In this document: positions 11,061 to 24,689 of the stretch, one piece after another | Layout of the letters: every line of letters starts with the position of its first letter | Position numbering within the stretch: position 1 is the stretch's first letter | NCBI RefSeq assembly: GCF_018977255.1 | Contig: NW_024704743.1 | Location: 28,212,001-28,276,000, forward strand | Direction: 5' to 3' | Length of the DNA stretch: 64,000 nucleotides | Origin: Callorhinchus milii | Lineage: Eukaryota | The notes under the pieces: generated by a model | What the model was told of the DNA's origin: nothing | Seen by the model: only the letters and a program-made list of their open reading frames with translations | Database searches by the model: none | Position numbers and translations under genes: made by a program

Positions 11061-13648
11061 CTTTTTATCTCCATCTACCAATGGCAAGAGCTGGCAACAG
11101 AAAAATTCCTAAACATAATAATACATTGTTATACCTGAGGCCTGAAATTCTTAGTCTTAATTTTTAACATGGGCAGAATTTTGAAGGTGTAAATTTTCAC
11201 CCTTAATTTCAAAACTCGTTCTTTAAAAAGCACATTAGAAAACTGCCTTCAAAATTAGGGCTGCAGTGAAGAACAAAATAGGGTTACAATTGGTCAAGGA
11301 GAAACTTTGTTAAGACAGGTTGGGTTTCATAACTGGTTCATTCCAGTAATCTTTTGCCTACATCCTATATACCTAACCTATATACATTGGAACCCAATTA
11401 TAACATGGTGGTTTGTTTCCATAAAGATCCAACCTACAGATTAAAATAATAATCTATAACAAGGTGTAGCTGACATTTTCACTGTTGATGCCATGTTGAT
11501 GAAGTGTGTTCCCATGTTTAAAAGAAGTTTCCTTCCAGGCCATTGCCAACATCATTTCCTCTATGCTGTGCTATACAAAGCAGGAAGTAACATTGGTGAG
11601 GACTTAATGGCCTGGATTTTGGTCACTTTTTTAGTGCGGGAAACTAAAAGCAGTCCAAGATCTATGATATAGAGGTGTGTCTGTGTTAATTTTTGTGTAA
11701 CTTAGATTGCCATTTGTTGCTAAAGCAACTGATTTAGTAGCAGACGGAATGGTGGTAATGAACGATGGTAAATTGGAGCTGTCTTTTTGTTGCCCTTTGT
11801 ACTTTGTACTTACATTGACTTTCCATGAATGTTACCTGATGGAAATTGGTCATCTTAAGTGTCACAAGGAAAAACATGCCTTTTTCATTATTTATATATA
11901 TGTATGTATATATTTATGTATATAACAACAGAATGTACTTACTGAGGTATTTCAGATGTGTAAAACATCATCGAAAGTCATTATTTATTCTGATTGTTGA
12001 ACAATTTTATTGTTAATTGTGTGCAGAACAGGTGGATTGCACAATATAATTGCACCTTCTGGAACCTGCATCCCAATTTTATACTAGTGCTTGAGTAATG
12101 GGGTAATCTAACAACCTGGGTTTATATTCAACTGGATGGTTCCCATTTGGGTATTAACAAACCTAGACATGTTTTTCTGTTCCTTTACATGAAAAGTCTA
12201 ACCAGTTTCTGGAAATAACAACCCAATATGTATAATTAATACAGCATTTGTCTCAAAGCACTTAACTAAAAGACATGTTAAATGGTAGTTAATGTTACAT
12301 AGATAAAGGCTATGTCCATTCTAGCCCCGCAACATCCCATAAACAAAGATGAGATGAATAGCCAAATAAATTATATAACAAGAATCCTTACATTTGGTAT
12401 GGATTGAACATGGTTACACAAAACACTTTGGGCGGGAGGGGCTCTTGGCAGTAAAAGGTGTTTAGTTGCTGGACCCATTATGAAACCAAGAGGCAAATGC
12501 GGTATATCAATAAACGAAACAACACTGGCTGTTTGTTGAACACCTGACTCATTTTCCTTTATGGGTTGGATAAGTAATCATCATAGTTATTACCTATATT
12601 TAGTCTTCTGTGTTCTTGATATGCATTGATTTATTTTATGAAAGTATATTGGGAAAAGCACAAGCCACTGTATTTGAATAACAGATCCATAAAATTCCCA
12701 CCTGCCTCATAACATTGTTGTTTTCATTGCACATGCTCACAGCCAAACAACTTGGTTGCTTCACAGCAGCTAGTTTCGTTGTGTTAAAGAAATACTTCAA
12801 GAGGAGATATCAGCAGGAAACCTATTGACTCAAGGTCAGATATCTTTAGCAAGAGAACTAGCTGGGGAGTGGGAACTGAGCCAGCCTTTGCATGCATGTG
12901 CACTGCAGGCCACATGCCCTTCAAGTTAAAAACAAAACAGCACTGAAACATAGTGGTTTATAACAGGGCTACACTACACTTTCTCAATCCAAAAATAAGG
13001 GGTTGTCGATTGAAGTTCGGAAGCCCACAATAAATGAATTCAGTACACACAGGAAAATAGCTCCTGTCTAGATCCCTTCCCTCAATCTTTTCCATTCTTT
13101 CATTGTGACACTTGCTCTTTCAGTGAGACACAGAGATAATTCTCCATCAGTTGGTAAATTTACCGATTTGCCAGTGTGGCATATATAATAGTAAAATACT
13201 GTTATGCACCACACTCAGAATAGGTTCAGTGAATAATACTTCTCTGTGTGGAACCACCCCATATCATTTTGGAGAGAAAAGTAAACTAATAGTTGGACAA
13301 GGCAGGGTCAGAAAGGGTAGGGAGTGACACTCGGCAAGTACCCAGGAACTTCATACAGTAAATGCAGTGTCTTATGCTTATCCATTTTCATTTGAAAAAA
13401 ATCAGTTAACTCAGCAAGCTAAGTATAGACTATGACTGTAGTGATAACAGAAAAATGAGTCAGTTGCTTATTAATCATTGTTAGGTTATTGATGTAGCAG
13501 ATTCACATCTTAATTTGGTAATAACATGCACATCTCTCTTTATTACTCGAGTGCCTCCCTGAATAAAGACTAAATAATGTGTCCCTATTTCCTCATAGTC
13601 TTAAATTAGGGTGTAAATTCATCACTTTTGCAAGTTTTCTAATCAAGG

Positions 13649-13717
13649 TTCTCACCCTCCCCTTACGTATCTTATTAGGGGACTAAATAATGAGATATGT
13701 AAGGAGAGGGTGAAGAA
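13649..13717. repeat. Imperfect palindrome or hairpin, probably the centre of a MITE
   Basis: ttctcaccctccccttacgtatcttatta pairs with taatgagatatgtaaggagagggtgaagaa. Confidence 0.75.
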
Positions 13718-14124
13718 TGGCCTTCCTCTGTGCTGTAAATTTCTATGGTTCTATAGTAGTGAAGTAAGTGGCGGGGGTGATGAACTATAAATGCATGACC
13801 CTGCCCTAATTCTCTTCAGTGTCCAATGCTTTGTGTCACTGTTAGCTCGTGATTATTGATATTTCCAATTTCCAGACCTAATTTTGGAAGAGTGATTTTG
13901 GTCAGCCTGATACACACAAAACCCATTGCCATGTTTAAGAATATCTAACCCAAAACTACAGAAAGTTTGATGTAAGTTAATTTCCTATCATCCATCAGTA
14001 ATCCTAGTAATCCCCGGTTGGAAGCCCAGTCCTTCTCCACTTTGGCGCAGGTTTTAGTAGAGACAAGAAAAATAAGGAAGACCACATTATCCTTTATATT
14101 AATACTTCATTAATATGAACTGCA

Positions 14125-14611
14125 GGTCACTGAGACCCTGATCCATGCTTTCATTATGTCCCAGCTTGACTTCGCCAACTGCCTACTCATTGGACTTCCC
14201 AATTCTTTCCTCCACAAGCTGCAGATTATTCAGAACTCTGCAACTCGTGTCCTCTCACACACCAGGCTCTGGAAACCTATTAACCCCGTTCTTGCCTGGC
14301 TTCACTGACTCCCTGCTCCTCAGAGAATCGAGTGCAAAACCCTCGTTCTTACCTTCAAGGCCCTCCATGGTCTTGCTCCCCCATCTCTCCGATCTCTGAA
14401 CCCCATATCAGCCAGTCCCCTCCCTCCGCTCGGCAGACATCAGCCTGCTTCAGGTCCTCCGCAGTTCCCACCACACAACTGTCGGTTGGGCATTCAGTAT
14501 CTTTGCCCCCACACTCTGGAACTCTATCCGACAATCCCTCCACATCACCCCCTCTCTTGCCTCCTTTAAGTCCCGTCTAAAGACCTTCCTCTTCAATCGT
14601 GCCTTCGGCCA
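14125..14611 (+). mobile_element. L2 LINE ORF2 C-terminal fragment lacking its 3' tail
   Basis: Encodes ETLIHAFIMSQLDFANCLL...KLQIIQNSATRVL...FKALHGLAP...FKSRLKTFLF across frameshifts. Confidence 0.88.
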
Positions 14612-14848
14612 ACTGCACAAAGCAGTGTCTCACAAACAGTCGTGGATTGAGTGACCAAATTTTTTTTTAAGGATTATTATTCCCGGAAAAGTGATCCGCC
14701 AATCGACTAACCACCGAGTTCCTACTTACAGCTAGATAAATAGAGACGTGTGGAGTAAGGAAACTTGGCCAACGTTTCACCCTGCCGGGAATAGAAGCCA
14801 TGTCTCTCGCTTGCGAGGTGAGTGGTCTAACCACTGAGCTACAGGACT
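14612..14848 (-). mobile_element. SINE, long subfamily; head and body present, tail missing
   Basis: Head ends ...ccactgagctacaggact at 14848; joins the L2 fragment directly at 14611/14612. Confidence 0.88.
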
Positions 14849-16245
14849 AAATATCTGAAATGTTAACAGTATCAGGTCTTTCAGTTGCATAAGAGAGGTA
14901 CAGAGCCACTCACTTTTGATTTTAATGTTTTGTACTGTGACAGGTCCATATAATGAAGGAGAATTGAAAACATATGTTAAACAATCTCTGAAAGTGTCCC
15001 ACATCACTTTTATTTTCAAACCCATTTTGTTGTTGTTGTTGTTGTTCATTTATCAATCTCTTTAAGAATGATCCTTAAGGAGATAGATTTGCTTGGGACT
15101 TTGCTTGTTTCGTTTACCAAGTCTACCGTAGCAGGTGATACGATACACTGGAGAATATAACTGAACTTTCGGCCACAAAATACAATATACACAGTCACTA
15201 CACTTTACACTGTGAAGCGCTTTGAGACTTCTCGAAGATGTGATAAGGTACTATATCAAATGCAAGAATTATTATTATATAACTTGTAAACACCAATTGT
15301 AAGCTCACTGACCTAAGGTTGATACTTTTATTAACTCTCAGATATTCCTCCCTTTTTGCTTAGCAAGAAATCACGTTACATTTTTACTGGCAGCTCCACC
15401 CTGTTTATTATTGTTGATCACTTGACAGTCACAATCACAATCTAAATAGAATTGCTGGTGTTAGAAACCCTGTTGTTACAAATAACTTTTGTAGGTGAAC
15501 AGTTTGTATAAGAAGCACACAAGGCTGCCATCAACTAACAAATTGTCAATCAATTTGAAAGCTCCAGTTTAATCCACGATTATCAATATAAATATTGATA
15601 TGGTCTTTGTAATATGATTTTGAAACCTTATACTTGAGTACTTTAGTTACTTATTTACCAAGGCTTTGTGTATTTCCACAGTATTTGACAAGGTCTGTGC
15701 ACTACGTACAGTTATTATCCTGTTACAGTTATGTTCTTAGCTCTCCAGTTTCCTCTCAAATTGGAGTACTTTTGCTACAGTCAGTGGATTATCCCAGGGG
15801 TTTCCAACCGGTTGCTAGGTCATGCATGTTCAACAGAGGCAAAAGGAAGGAGCAATATTTACCGCAGTTTAAACAAGAAAGTTTATATTTTTATTTTGAG
15901 ACGCGTGATTCAGGCTTAATTTTCAATTCGCCTAAATAACTACACAGTTCTATCGCTCCTTCCTCCTGTCTTCTTGATCATGCGCAAGAGTAACACCATG
16001 CTGTGATCGGATGGTTAGAGACCCCTGGATTATCCTCTGATATTTTCCCATTAATACCCCAGGAATGAGTTATCTCTTTCACTTGGTTCATTCTCCACAA
16101 TCATTGACCTCCTCAACCTCCTCCTCACCCTTTGCCATTCCCACATTTGCTGATAACTTGACTCAACATTCAACTTCCTCCAGATCAAATGCGCTGAGTG
16201 CCACCATTTCAGATTCTCTCAGCATTACTGCTCCTTTTGACTCTA

Positions 16246-16566
16246 GAAGTCCTGTAGCTCAGTGGTTAGAGCACTCACTTTGCAACCGAGAGACCTGGGT
16301 TCAATTCCAGGCAGGGCGAAACCTTGGGCAAGTTTCCTTACTCCACACAGAGCCTAATAATAATCCCTCCAAAACCAAAAACAATAATAAATTGGTCATT
16401 TTCAATCTACGACTGTTTGTGGGATATTGCTGTGCGCAATTGGCTGCCGTGTTCGCCCACAAATATACAGTCAATTCACTTTACAGTGTGTTCTGTGAAG
16501 CGCTTTGGGACGTCCTCCCGACGTGAAAAGCGCTATATCAAATGCAAGGATTATTATTATTATTAT
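16246..16566 (+). mobile_element. Young SINE, full length, short subfamily
   Basis: gaagtcctgtagctcagtggttagagcac...gggttcaattcc...aaatgcaagga(tta)n. Confidence 0.93.
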
Positions 16567-17221
16567 AGAAGTGGATTTTCAAATGTCACTTTACAAAACA
16601 TAGATTTAGATGACAGCATTTAATTGACCGATGTGCTAACTCCATTAAACCTGTAAGGATGGTCACTCCACCTTGTCTTCCCTCCCAACTGTCTTCCAAG
16701 AGTTTGAAATTCTCACCCACTCTGAGAAATTCCACCTGGGGCTAGATTTCCTCCATTTATGCATCGTATTAAAGTGACCAAGATTTTGAAAATTCTTAAA
16801 TACGGTCTTCATTTTGAATCCAGTTTTCTGCAATTCCCATATAAGCACTTTTAAGCAGGTCTCACTGGATAGTGGTCATAGGGATCCTAACTGATTCCCT
16901 CAACAATCCTGGGAAAATGCTGGAAATGTGGAAGATAAAGAGAGAGATGGAAATCCATAGCTAATTAATCAGCATCTGAAAAACAAAAATAGGTTAACTG
17001 TGTGGGCATGTTTTGATGAATGGCTAAATATAAATATTTTAGTGGAAATTTGGTGCCAGTGATATCGAATCTATTCAAATGCATGGCAACTTTGAGTCTA
17101 AATGTTGACACAAACCGGCTGGATTAACATCAAACTACAGTTAGTACCACTAAACTACTGCTAAACTAGTGATGCCATGAGTAATTTCTTTTTTTAAAAC
17201 ACTAGTGCCGTCATCATATCA

Positions 17222-17393
17222 CACTGTTTGTGGGATACTGCTGTGAGCAATTGGTGCTGCATTTCACCCAATTGCGCCCAGCAGTCTCCCACAAAAGTAT
17301 ACAGTCGATTCCCTTTGCAGTGTATTCTGTGAAGCGCTTCGAGACATCTCAAGGCCGCGATGAGGCGCTATATGAAATGCAAGGATTTTTATA
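17222..17393 (+). mobile_element. SINE 3' half
   Basis: ctgtttgtgggatactgctgtgagcaattgg...gaaatgcaagg. Confidence 0.85.
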
Positions 17394-17398
17394 TACGT

Positions 17399-17737
17399 GG
17401 AGTCCTGTAGCTCAGTGGTTAGAGCACACGCCTTGCAAGTGAGAGACCTGGGTTCGATTCCTGTCAGGGTGAAACCTTGGGCAAGTTTCCTTACTTCACA
17501 CGCCTGATAATAATCCCTCAAGAAAAAAAATAATAATTTGGTCACTCAATCCACAACTATTTGTGGGACACTGCTGTGTGCAATTGGCTGGCGCGTTTCA
17601 CCCACAAATATACAATCAATTCACTTTACAGTATATTCCGTGAAGCGCTTTGAGACGTCTAGAAGACGTGAAAAGCGCTATATCAAATGCAAGGATTATT
17701 ATTATTATATATTATATTATATTATATTATATTATTA
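17399..17737 (+). mobile_element. Young SINE, full length
   Basis: Head ggagtcctgtagctcagtgg, B box gggttcgattcc, extended AT-rich tail. Confidence 0.93.
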
Positions 17738-17774
17738 CAGTCAGGCCCTTGGCCACTTGGATTTCCTTCACCTT

Positions 17775-18083
17775 TAATAATAATAATCCTTGCATTTGAT
17801 ATAGCGCTTTTCACGTCTTCTTGACGTCCCAAAGCGCTTCACAGAATATACTGTAAAGTGAATTGACTGTATGGGCGAACGCGGCAGACAATTGCACACA
17901 GCAATGTCCCACAAACAGTCATGGATTGAAAATGACCAATTTATTATTGTTTTGTTTTTTTGGAGGGATTATTTTTAGGCGTGTGGGGTAAGGACACTTG
18001 CCCAAGGTTTCGCCCTGCCTGGAATTGAACTCAGGTCTCTCACTTGCAAACCGAGTGCTCTAACCGCTGAGCTACAGGACTCC
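17775..18083 (-). mobile_element. Young SINE, full length, inverted relative to the preceding copy
   Basis: Reverse complement of the same consensus, tail-to-tail with 17399-17737. Confidence 0.93.
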
Positions 18084-18087
18084 TTTG

Positions 18088-18385
18088 CAACAATGACTCC
18101 TCTCTCCAGTCTGTTGAGACCCTCATCCATGTCTTCATCACACCCAGGCTCCATTTTTTCAACATCCTCTTCCCTGGATTCCCTAGCTCCTCCCCACACA
18201 AGCTGCAGAACTATCCATCACTCTGCAGTCTGTGTCCCTGCTCCACAGCCCAGCATCCCCATCCTCGTTCAGCTTCACTGGCTCTCCATTCGCCAACGGA
18301 TCCTATTTAAGATCCTCATCCTCACTGTGAAATCCCTCCACAGCTCTGCCCCACCCTGCTCCTTTGATCGCCTGCAACCCTGCTA
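18088..18385 (+). mobile_element. L2 LINE ORF2 fragment
   Basis: IPILVQLHWLSIRQRILFKILILTVKSLH matches the L2 motif LHWLP..RI.FK. Confidence 0.85.
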
Positions 18386-19294
18386 TTTGGAATTCATATC
18401 GGAGTCCCTCTGGCTGGCCCTACGTTACAATAAGGCATTTCCCTGTGCATGTGTGCAATTGGCTGGCTTGCTCATTTTTGTAAGGTTCATTTTTGTTTTA
18501 TTTGGTGAGGAAGCAAGCCACCCACACTGGAAAAAAGGCCACATTCTGGATGATTGGGCCATCGACCTCCCTTGGGTTTGATGCGGATGCACAATGTAAG
18601 ATGCAATGTTGGCAGGCTGATTTGTGTAAGCGCAATGAAGCAGGACGTGATGTTGGCAACAGCTAATGACCTGGAAGTTTGCCATTTTAGCAAGAAGGCT
18701 GACCAGTGAGCTGGCAGTCCAGGCTACTCGTAAGCGCAGTGAATGGCGTCCACACTGCAACCAAGTTATAAACAAAATTTCCACTGTTAAGAAACACATT
18801 GCAACAAGCCTGCATTGTACCAAGAAATAAAATACTCAAGTCTTTCTGTTCACGAATCATGTTTCCTCTCACCGCCAGCTGTCTGTCTTAACACCATGTA
18901 TCCAATCTCATCCCTTTTCCCTCACTACTGCCCGATTTTGTTTGGCTGAATTATTTCTAACGCATTTCATGGCAGAATGCTGCCTGTTGATAACTACAAT
19001 GTTGACTCATGGCAATAAATTTTCCAGTTGCTGCAATTTCAGTTACGCCCTTCTGATCATAAAAGTGAAAAATCTTTAATCTCATTGAACCACAAAATCA
19101 GATAGCAAAATTAAATCATTTTGGACAAAATATTGTCAATCAGATTTTTTGAAAGACAAATCCAGTTACTCAGAGGACTGGATATTACTATAGGTGTATC
19201 AGCAGGTTTTAGCAAGGATTTAACAGTTGGAATTTTTTTCTCTATTTATGGAAATCATTTGTGAAACTACACATGGAATATTGTAGACTATTTT

Positions 19295-19375
19295 TGGGGG
19301 TCATCTGGGTGTCTGACACACACGGAAGCTCAACATCATGCTTAAGAGTATCCAAAACAGAGTTCCATGCGTAAC
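19295..19375 (-). repeat. Unclassified repeat family, terminal fragment only
   Basis: ggggtcatctgggtgtctgacacacacggaa...catgcttaagagtatccaaa. Confidence 0.8.
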
Positions 19376-21321
19376 ACTTCCATATGGTGCCATGCATGGA
19401 ACTCATGCATAAATATCATAGATCTTGAATACTTTAATCATCTGGTGGTCTTGTGAGAAAGGGATACATAAGTGAGTCAGGGTCAGCTGCTAGCAATTAT
19501 TCTAGCCTGAGTCTCTGATACCAATTATTCTAGTTTAGAAAAATTGTCATGTCATACCTAAGTGAATCACCAAACGCCTCCATAAATTTTGTATAGTTTT
19601 ATTTTAACTCGAGTGAAGAAGCTATTATAAGAATTACCACCCTTTGGACTTGTGAGTCTTTACTGTGGCAGGTTGGACAAAGCCACTTCCTTGCTTCCTT
19701 GTGTCACATACATTTTGGATCCAATCCTGAACCCAAAGTCCCAATATATAAGAAGAGGAAGCTCTGTTGGGAATAACTGGTGTGTTTTTTTGTTGTCCTG
19801 GGAGTTGGTCAGTTGATTATCCCAGTGGAAACAAAGGAATAAAGCCTCCAACGGCACCACAGATCTCTGACAACTGAAATGACAAATTAATATTCAATAA
19901 TATGTTCTGAAATAAGAAGATGCAGGTTACTCTGTCATTACTTTCGGAAATCAAGGTTAAGGCACCATTGGAGTAACATTTTACCTGGGTCTAGATTTAT
20001 TCTATCAGCGTAGCATTCCAGAATGTTGAGAATTTGTCAAATTTTGACTTTCATGCCCAATTTTCTGCAGTTCTTAAAAGAAAATGAAAGACAACTGGCT
20101 TGCAAATTAAAGACCGTATTTAAGAACTTGCCCAATTATGAATCCTCTGGAATGCCAGGCCCTTCTTGATTAATGCCATTTTATGACCTTTTGATCAACC
20201 AGTTAAATTCACGACCATTTTTCTGACTGTTAAATCTTTTCATACTCGAGCCATATTCATTGTTATGCCCTCCAGCCTCATTTTCCTAATCATACCCTTC
20301 AACTTTGGCCTGCTTGGACTTCCCTTGCCCCATCCATCCATACCGTCGGTCCCTGTGTTTTCAGCTACTGTGCCTTCAGTCTTCGGAGATCTAGCCCAAA
20401 ATCCCTTGCTCTCTCTTTTTGCCCTCACACTCTCTCACACTAGACACCTAGCTTGATCATTTGGCCATACTGTGAGTTCAATAAAGTAAAACATCACCAA
20501 AACACTTTTCAGATGTTTCTATGTTAGGCTCTTTTTATAAGTGCAATTTCATATGTTGATTGATTTGTCGTTAACATCAATAGTCTGTCTGAGAAACTGC
20601 ATCAAAAGGCAGTCTGGATGGTGAGGTGGATTGCTGCAGCACACTGAGAATCTGAGAATCACATTCAGATTACACTGCAAAAGTAGATAGTTGGGCAATG
20701 AGACAAAATGTTGCTGTTCTCCTGAGTTTTGCTCAGGACATCTTATTATTCAATTCAGTTAACAGAGTTGGAAGCAGGTGTCTATGACCTTGGCTGCCTC
20801 TTTGTTACCAGCTGAAGCAGGTTGTTTGGAAGCCACCATCCATACAGGACAACAAACCAGACCAGCGAAGCCAGACCATAATGAAGCATGTGAGAAGCTG
20901 TCATAATAATAATAATAATAATAGCCATAGACTGTATACTGTCGGTGGAGCTTCATTATGTGGACTGTTGTGTTCCCTATTCAGTTTGTTAGGTTCTGGT
21001 CAATCATTGACTGATACCTGCATATTTTTCTGGTGTATCCTTATATTCTCAGCTTTCTATTTCACAAGATCATGACAAGTTCAAATGAAGAAGACCATTC
21101 AGCCCACTTGATCTCATCCTTCCAAACCACCCACCCTAAAGCCTTCCCATCACAGCACCAAGTTGTTTCTTAAATGAGTCACTGTTACCATCACTTGGCA
21201 CTTAATCTCAAATTAATCTTTTTGCAATACTGTATTTTATTTACAATATTTTCGTTTTCAAGCCTCACCAACAGAAAGGTGTGAAGATAATATCTGTGAA
21301 GAAGCGTTTGCATATGTAATC

Positions 21322-21465
21322 ATAATAATAATAATTCTTGCATTTGATATAGTACCTTATAATGTCAAGACATCTCAAAGTGCTTCACACCACTGTAAAG
21401 TGTAGTGACTGTCTATTTTGTGGGCGATGCGAGGCAGCCAATTGCGCACAGCACAAACAGTCAAT
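21322..21465 (-). mobile_element. SINE 3' fragment
   Basis: (taa)n ttcttgcatttgatatag...gcagccaattgcgcacagc. Confidence 0.8.
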
Positions 21466-24194
21466 ATATTGTAAATTATATTATAAATGGAAAAAGAAAT
21501 GGGGTCAAAAAAATCCTAAATGCATTAAAGGACATGAGGGTACATTTTTGGTGTTTGTGATTGTTCGATGTGATAAATATTGCTGTGATTTTCCATTGTT
21601 TAACACTAAACAGCCACTTGGGGGCAGAAATCCCTTTTCACTTACGAAGAGTGTTTTTCTCCACCTTTGTAGCTCATTTGGTGCCATTTAGCGTTAAGAT
21701 GAAACAACAATATGTCAGTGTTGTATTCTAGTAGCTAGAATTACTTTTAAGTTAATTTACAGTATTTTGTTTAATAGTTATTTTTCAGCTGTTAAATGGT
21801 GAAGAAGCACAAAAATATGATTTTCCTAATCGAACTGGATGCTTTGGATCAAGGCTGGGTCATGGGGAAATTAAACTTATTGTATATTGTGTTTATATTG
21901 GGACTTCGGGTTCAGGATTGGACCCAAATTGTAAGCAAAACAAGGAAGCAAGGAAGAATAGGGAAATTACAAGTCCTGTATAAATCAAAAAGAGATTAAA
22001 AATCCAGAAAGCTGACTGTTACAAGTCAAGAAAAGGCAATTTACACAGCACAAACAATGTTTATCAGGAAGCTGTTGCACTTGATTACTTCTGAACGCAA
22101 TAAACTTTATTGTGGTGATAATCTGCATAGACCATGTTGCATTTTACATCAGTTCTTTTCTGCCTTATCATCGTGATCTTTAACCACCCTCAAAAGTTTG
22201 GATGCAATTTGCTGACATAGCGCCTGAATTGTTCAGAGGCTAAAACATGGAATTGTTCGGGGGATAGACTTTGCACTCCTAACCCAGGTTTGGTACAAAG
22301 CATGTCCTTGCCCTCACATTAATAAATTGAACCTTGTGTCGGAGCCACATGTCACGCTAGGTACAATTTTGGCTCTGAACACAACTGTACCCTCATTAAC
22401 CAGTTGCAAACTATTTTCAAGCCAACGGGCCAAATCAGTCTATGGCGCCTTTCAGAAATGAAAACATTTATGGCACAAAAAGGAAGCCATTCAGCTTGTC
22501 GTGTCTTTCCTGGCACTAGCTCCCCACTAGGACTATTTGATCTAATCCCATTCCCTTGCCCTTTCCCACAGGAAGCATAGAAATGTATGGCTCAGAAGAA
22601 GGCCATTTGGTTCATCATGTCAATATCCTTTAATATTATTTTCCACAAGCATTTATACAGTTTTCAGTAATACATAAATAAAAGTTATTGTTTCTTTTAA
22701 ATACCACCATAGACCGTAAACCATTAAAAAAAACTACAGGTATTTGAAAAATAATTCTAAGTGTCCCTTTTTTGGTAATAATCTACAATTTCTGCCTTTT
22801 GTTACTGACTCAGTAAAAACAACCCCTTGCTTTTTATGCACATTTTGTGAAAATGACCAGTGGCAGGTAAAATACATACTTCTTTGTCAAGGTAAATGAT
22901 TGCTTGCAAATACAAGCAGGCTGTTCACACCACTTGCATTGTTGAAAACAAAATCCTCAAATGATAAAGATACTTGTGGTATATAAGGATTCAAAGAATA
23001 GTCAATGCTGTTGACAAAACATGAAACAAAGATAAAAATTCAGCTTTCTTTGCTCCCCTTCCATTCAAACTAAACAAACCCCGTGTCATTCCCCCTCCCC
23101 CACCCGCATTATGACAATGCTTTTCCGAGCAAATTGCACATTTATTAGTGACTATGAGCGTAATGCTGATAAACAAATAAGATTGTATACGTTTGCACAG
23201 ATTCAGCTGTTTCTCTCTTGCTGTTTGGATGTCAATTGAAATCTGGGATCCAGTAATAACACAAATTTCATGTCATCTATACAATACACACCGTTAGAGA
23301 TTTTCGTAGACACTCCTTCCTAGACACAAACTAACATGGAACTGAAATAAAGTTAAGGTAATCAGGAAATCATTTAGATCTGATAACCTTAACCCATCAA
23401 CATGTATCCTACTGTAGACCCTCTAGTAATCCAAACTTGTGCTCCCTACACTGAAAATTGCATTGTGATGTGTTAGTTAACACTGGTTATTATCACATCA
23501 TTGAAAAATGTGGCCAACAGGCCCAGTCATTAACTAAAGACATTGACTGGTTTGTGGAGTGACCTCCCTCCCCCAACTCCCACCCTCACCCTGACTCCAG
23601 GTACAATGGTTACCCCCAAAGTTATCCCACAACACCCCAGGGAATTCTGGCCCACAGATCGTGGAATTAGAATGCAGATATGGTTTATTTTTGTGGAGTA
23701 AAATCACACCCTCTTAACCAGCAGATTAACAGGTCGGTGATATGTGTATTAGAAAACTGAACCCCCTCAATTTCACTTTCAATTTCAATTCAGTGTCCTT
23801 TCCATTCCTGTGGTCCTGGGTAAGATTGAGATCCAACGTATAACTCACCCTGATTAAGAATGTTCATTGCGAGTTGCCAATTCTTATGATGTGTAAATGA
23901 GAAAGCACAGCATATTGACATCTTTTCATACCATTTTATCTACAGCTACCCCGTCCGTAACACCTGTTATGCTTAGATGAAAGTTCTGCAACTCAGCTCA
24001 GTTTATTTAAAACATTTTATGATCAAGATTGTTTTTCTGTAAATCATCTCAACACCTGCTGTCAAGCATTAAGCAGCTTTCACTGAAATAAAAATACATT
24101 TAAAATCAAGATTGTAATTGTGCAGGTCAGCTCAAGACGAGCTGACGAACATAAGCATACGTAATTTAGCTAAAACAATTATTCACCTCTGATC

Positions 24195-24410
24195 ACAACA
24201 ACGTCTCAGAGTGCTTCACAGAGACAGGGTCAGATGCCAAACAAGGGAGAAGGAGGAGAGGAAGGTGACTGTAGGCATGATCGAGAAGGTAGGTGTTCAG
24301 TTTGGATTTCAAGACAGATAGAGGGGGCAAGGCACAGAAGCAGAAGAAGGGAGTTCCAGAGATTAGGGGAGTAGTTGCTGAAGGTTTAGCCACCGTGGTG
24401 TGGAGGGAAC
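24195..24410 (-). mobile_element. L2 LINE 3' end
   Basis: Reverse-strand LKSKLNTYLLDHAY plus tail remnant. Confidence 0.75.
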
Positions 24411-24689
24411 GATATGTATATGATGTACATTATCACTAGAAATGAAAATAAAATACAATCTGTGAATGAAATGTCCGTCTGTTTCGAAGATCCTGTTTCG
24501 TTTTGGGTGGCACCCAGAAACAGTTTAAGAGCTAGAGATCACCACGGTGCCAGTAAGGTCACCATCAATATTCTAGTCAAGAAGAGGTGATGAATCAATG
24601 TGTGTGTATGTGTGTAGATGTGTGTGTACACTGATTACTGGGAATAATCATTACATTATATTTGATACGTTTCGCTCTGCAGGGGATTG

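Noticed and set aside
16246..16320. tRNA-Ala(TGC)-like sequence (and equivalents at every SINE head)
   Set aside because: Each is followed by the same SINE body and tail; these are SINE heads, not tRNA genes.
16324..16623. Recurrent ORFs ending [12 protein letters not shown] (also 1298, 17538, 38144, 60518)
   Set aside because: Translations of the SINE consensus, not a protein family.
18425..18823. 132-aa minus-strand ORF in unique sequence
   Set aside because: No recognisable motif, no convincing splice structure, non-ATG start; likely chance.
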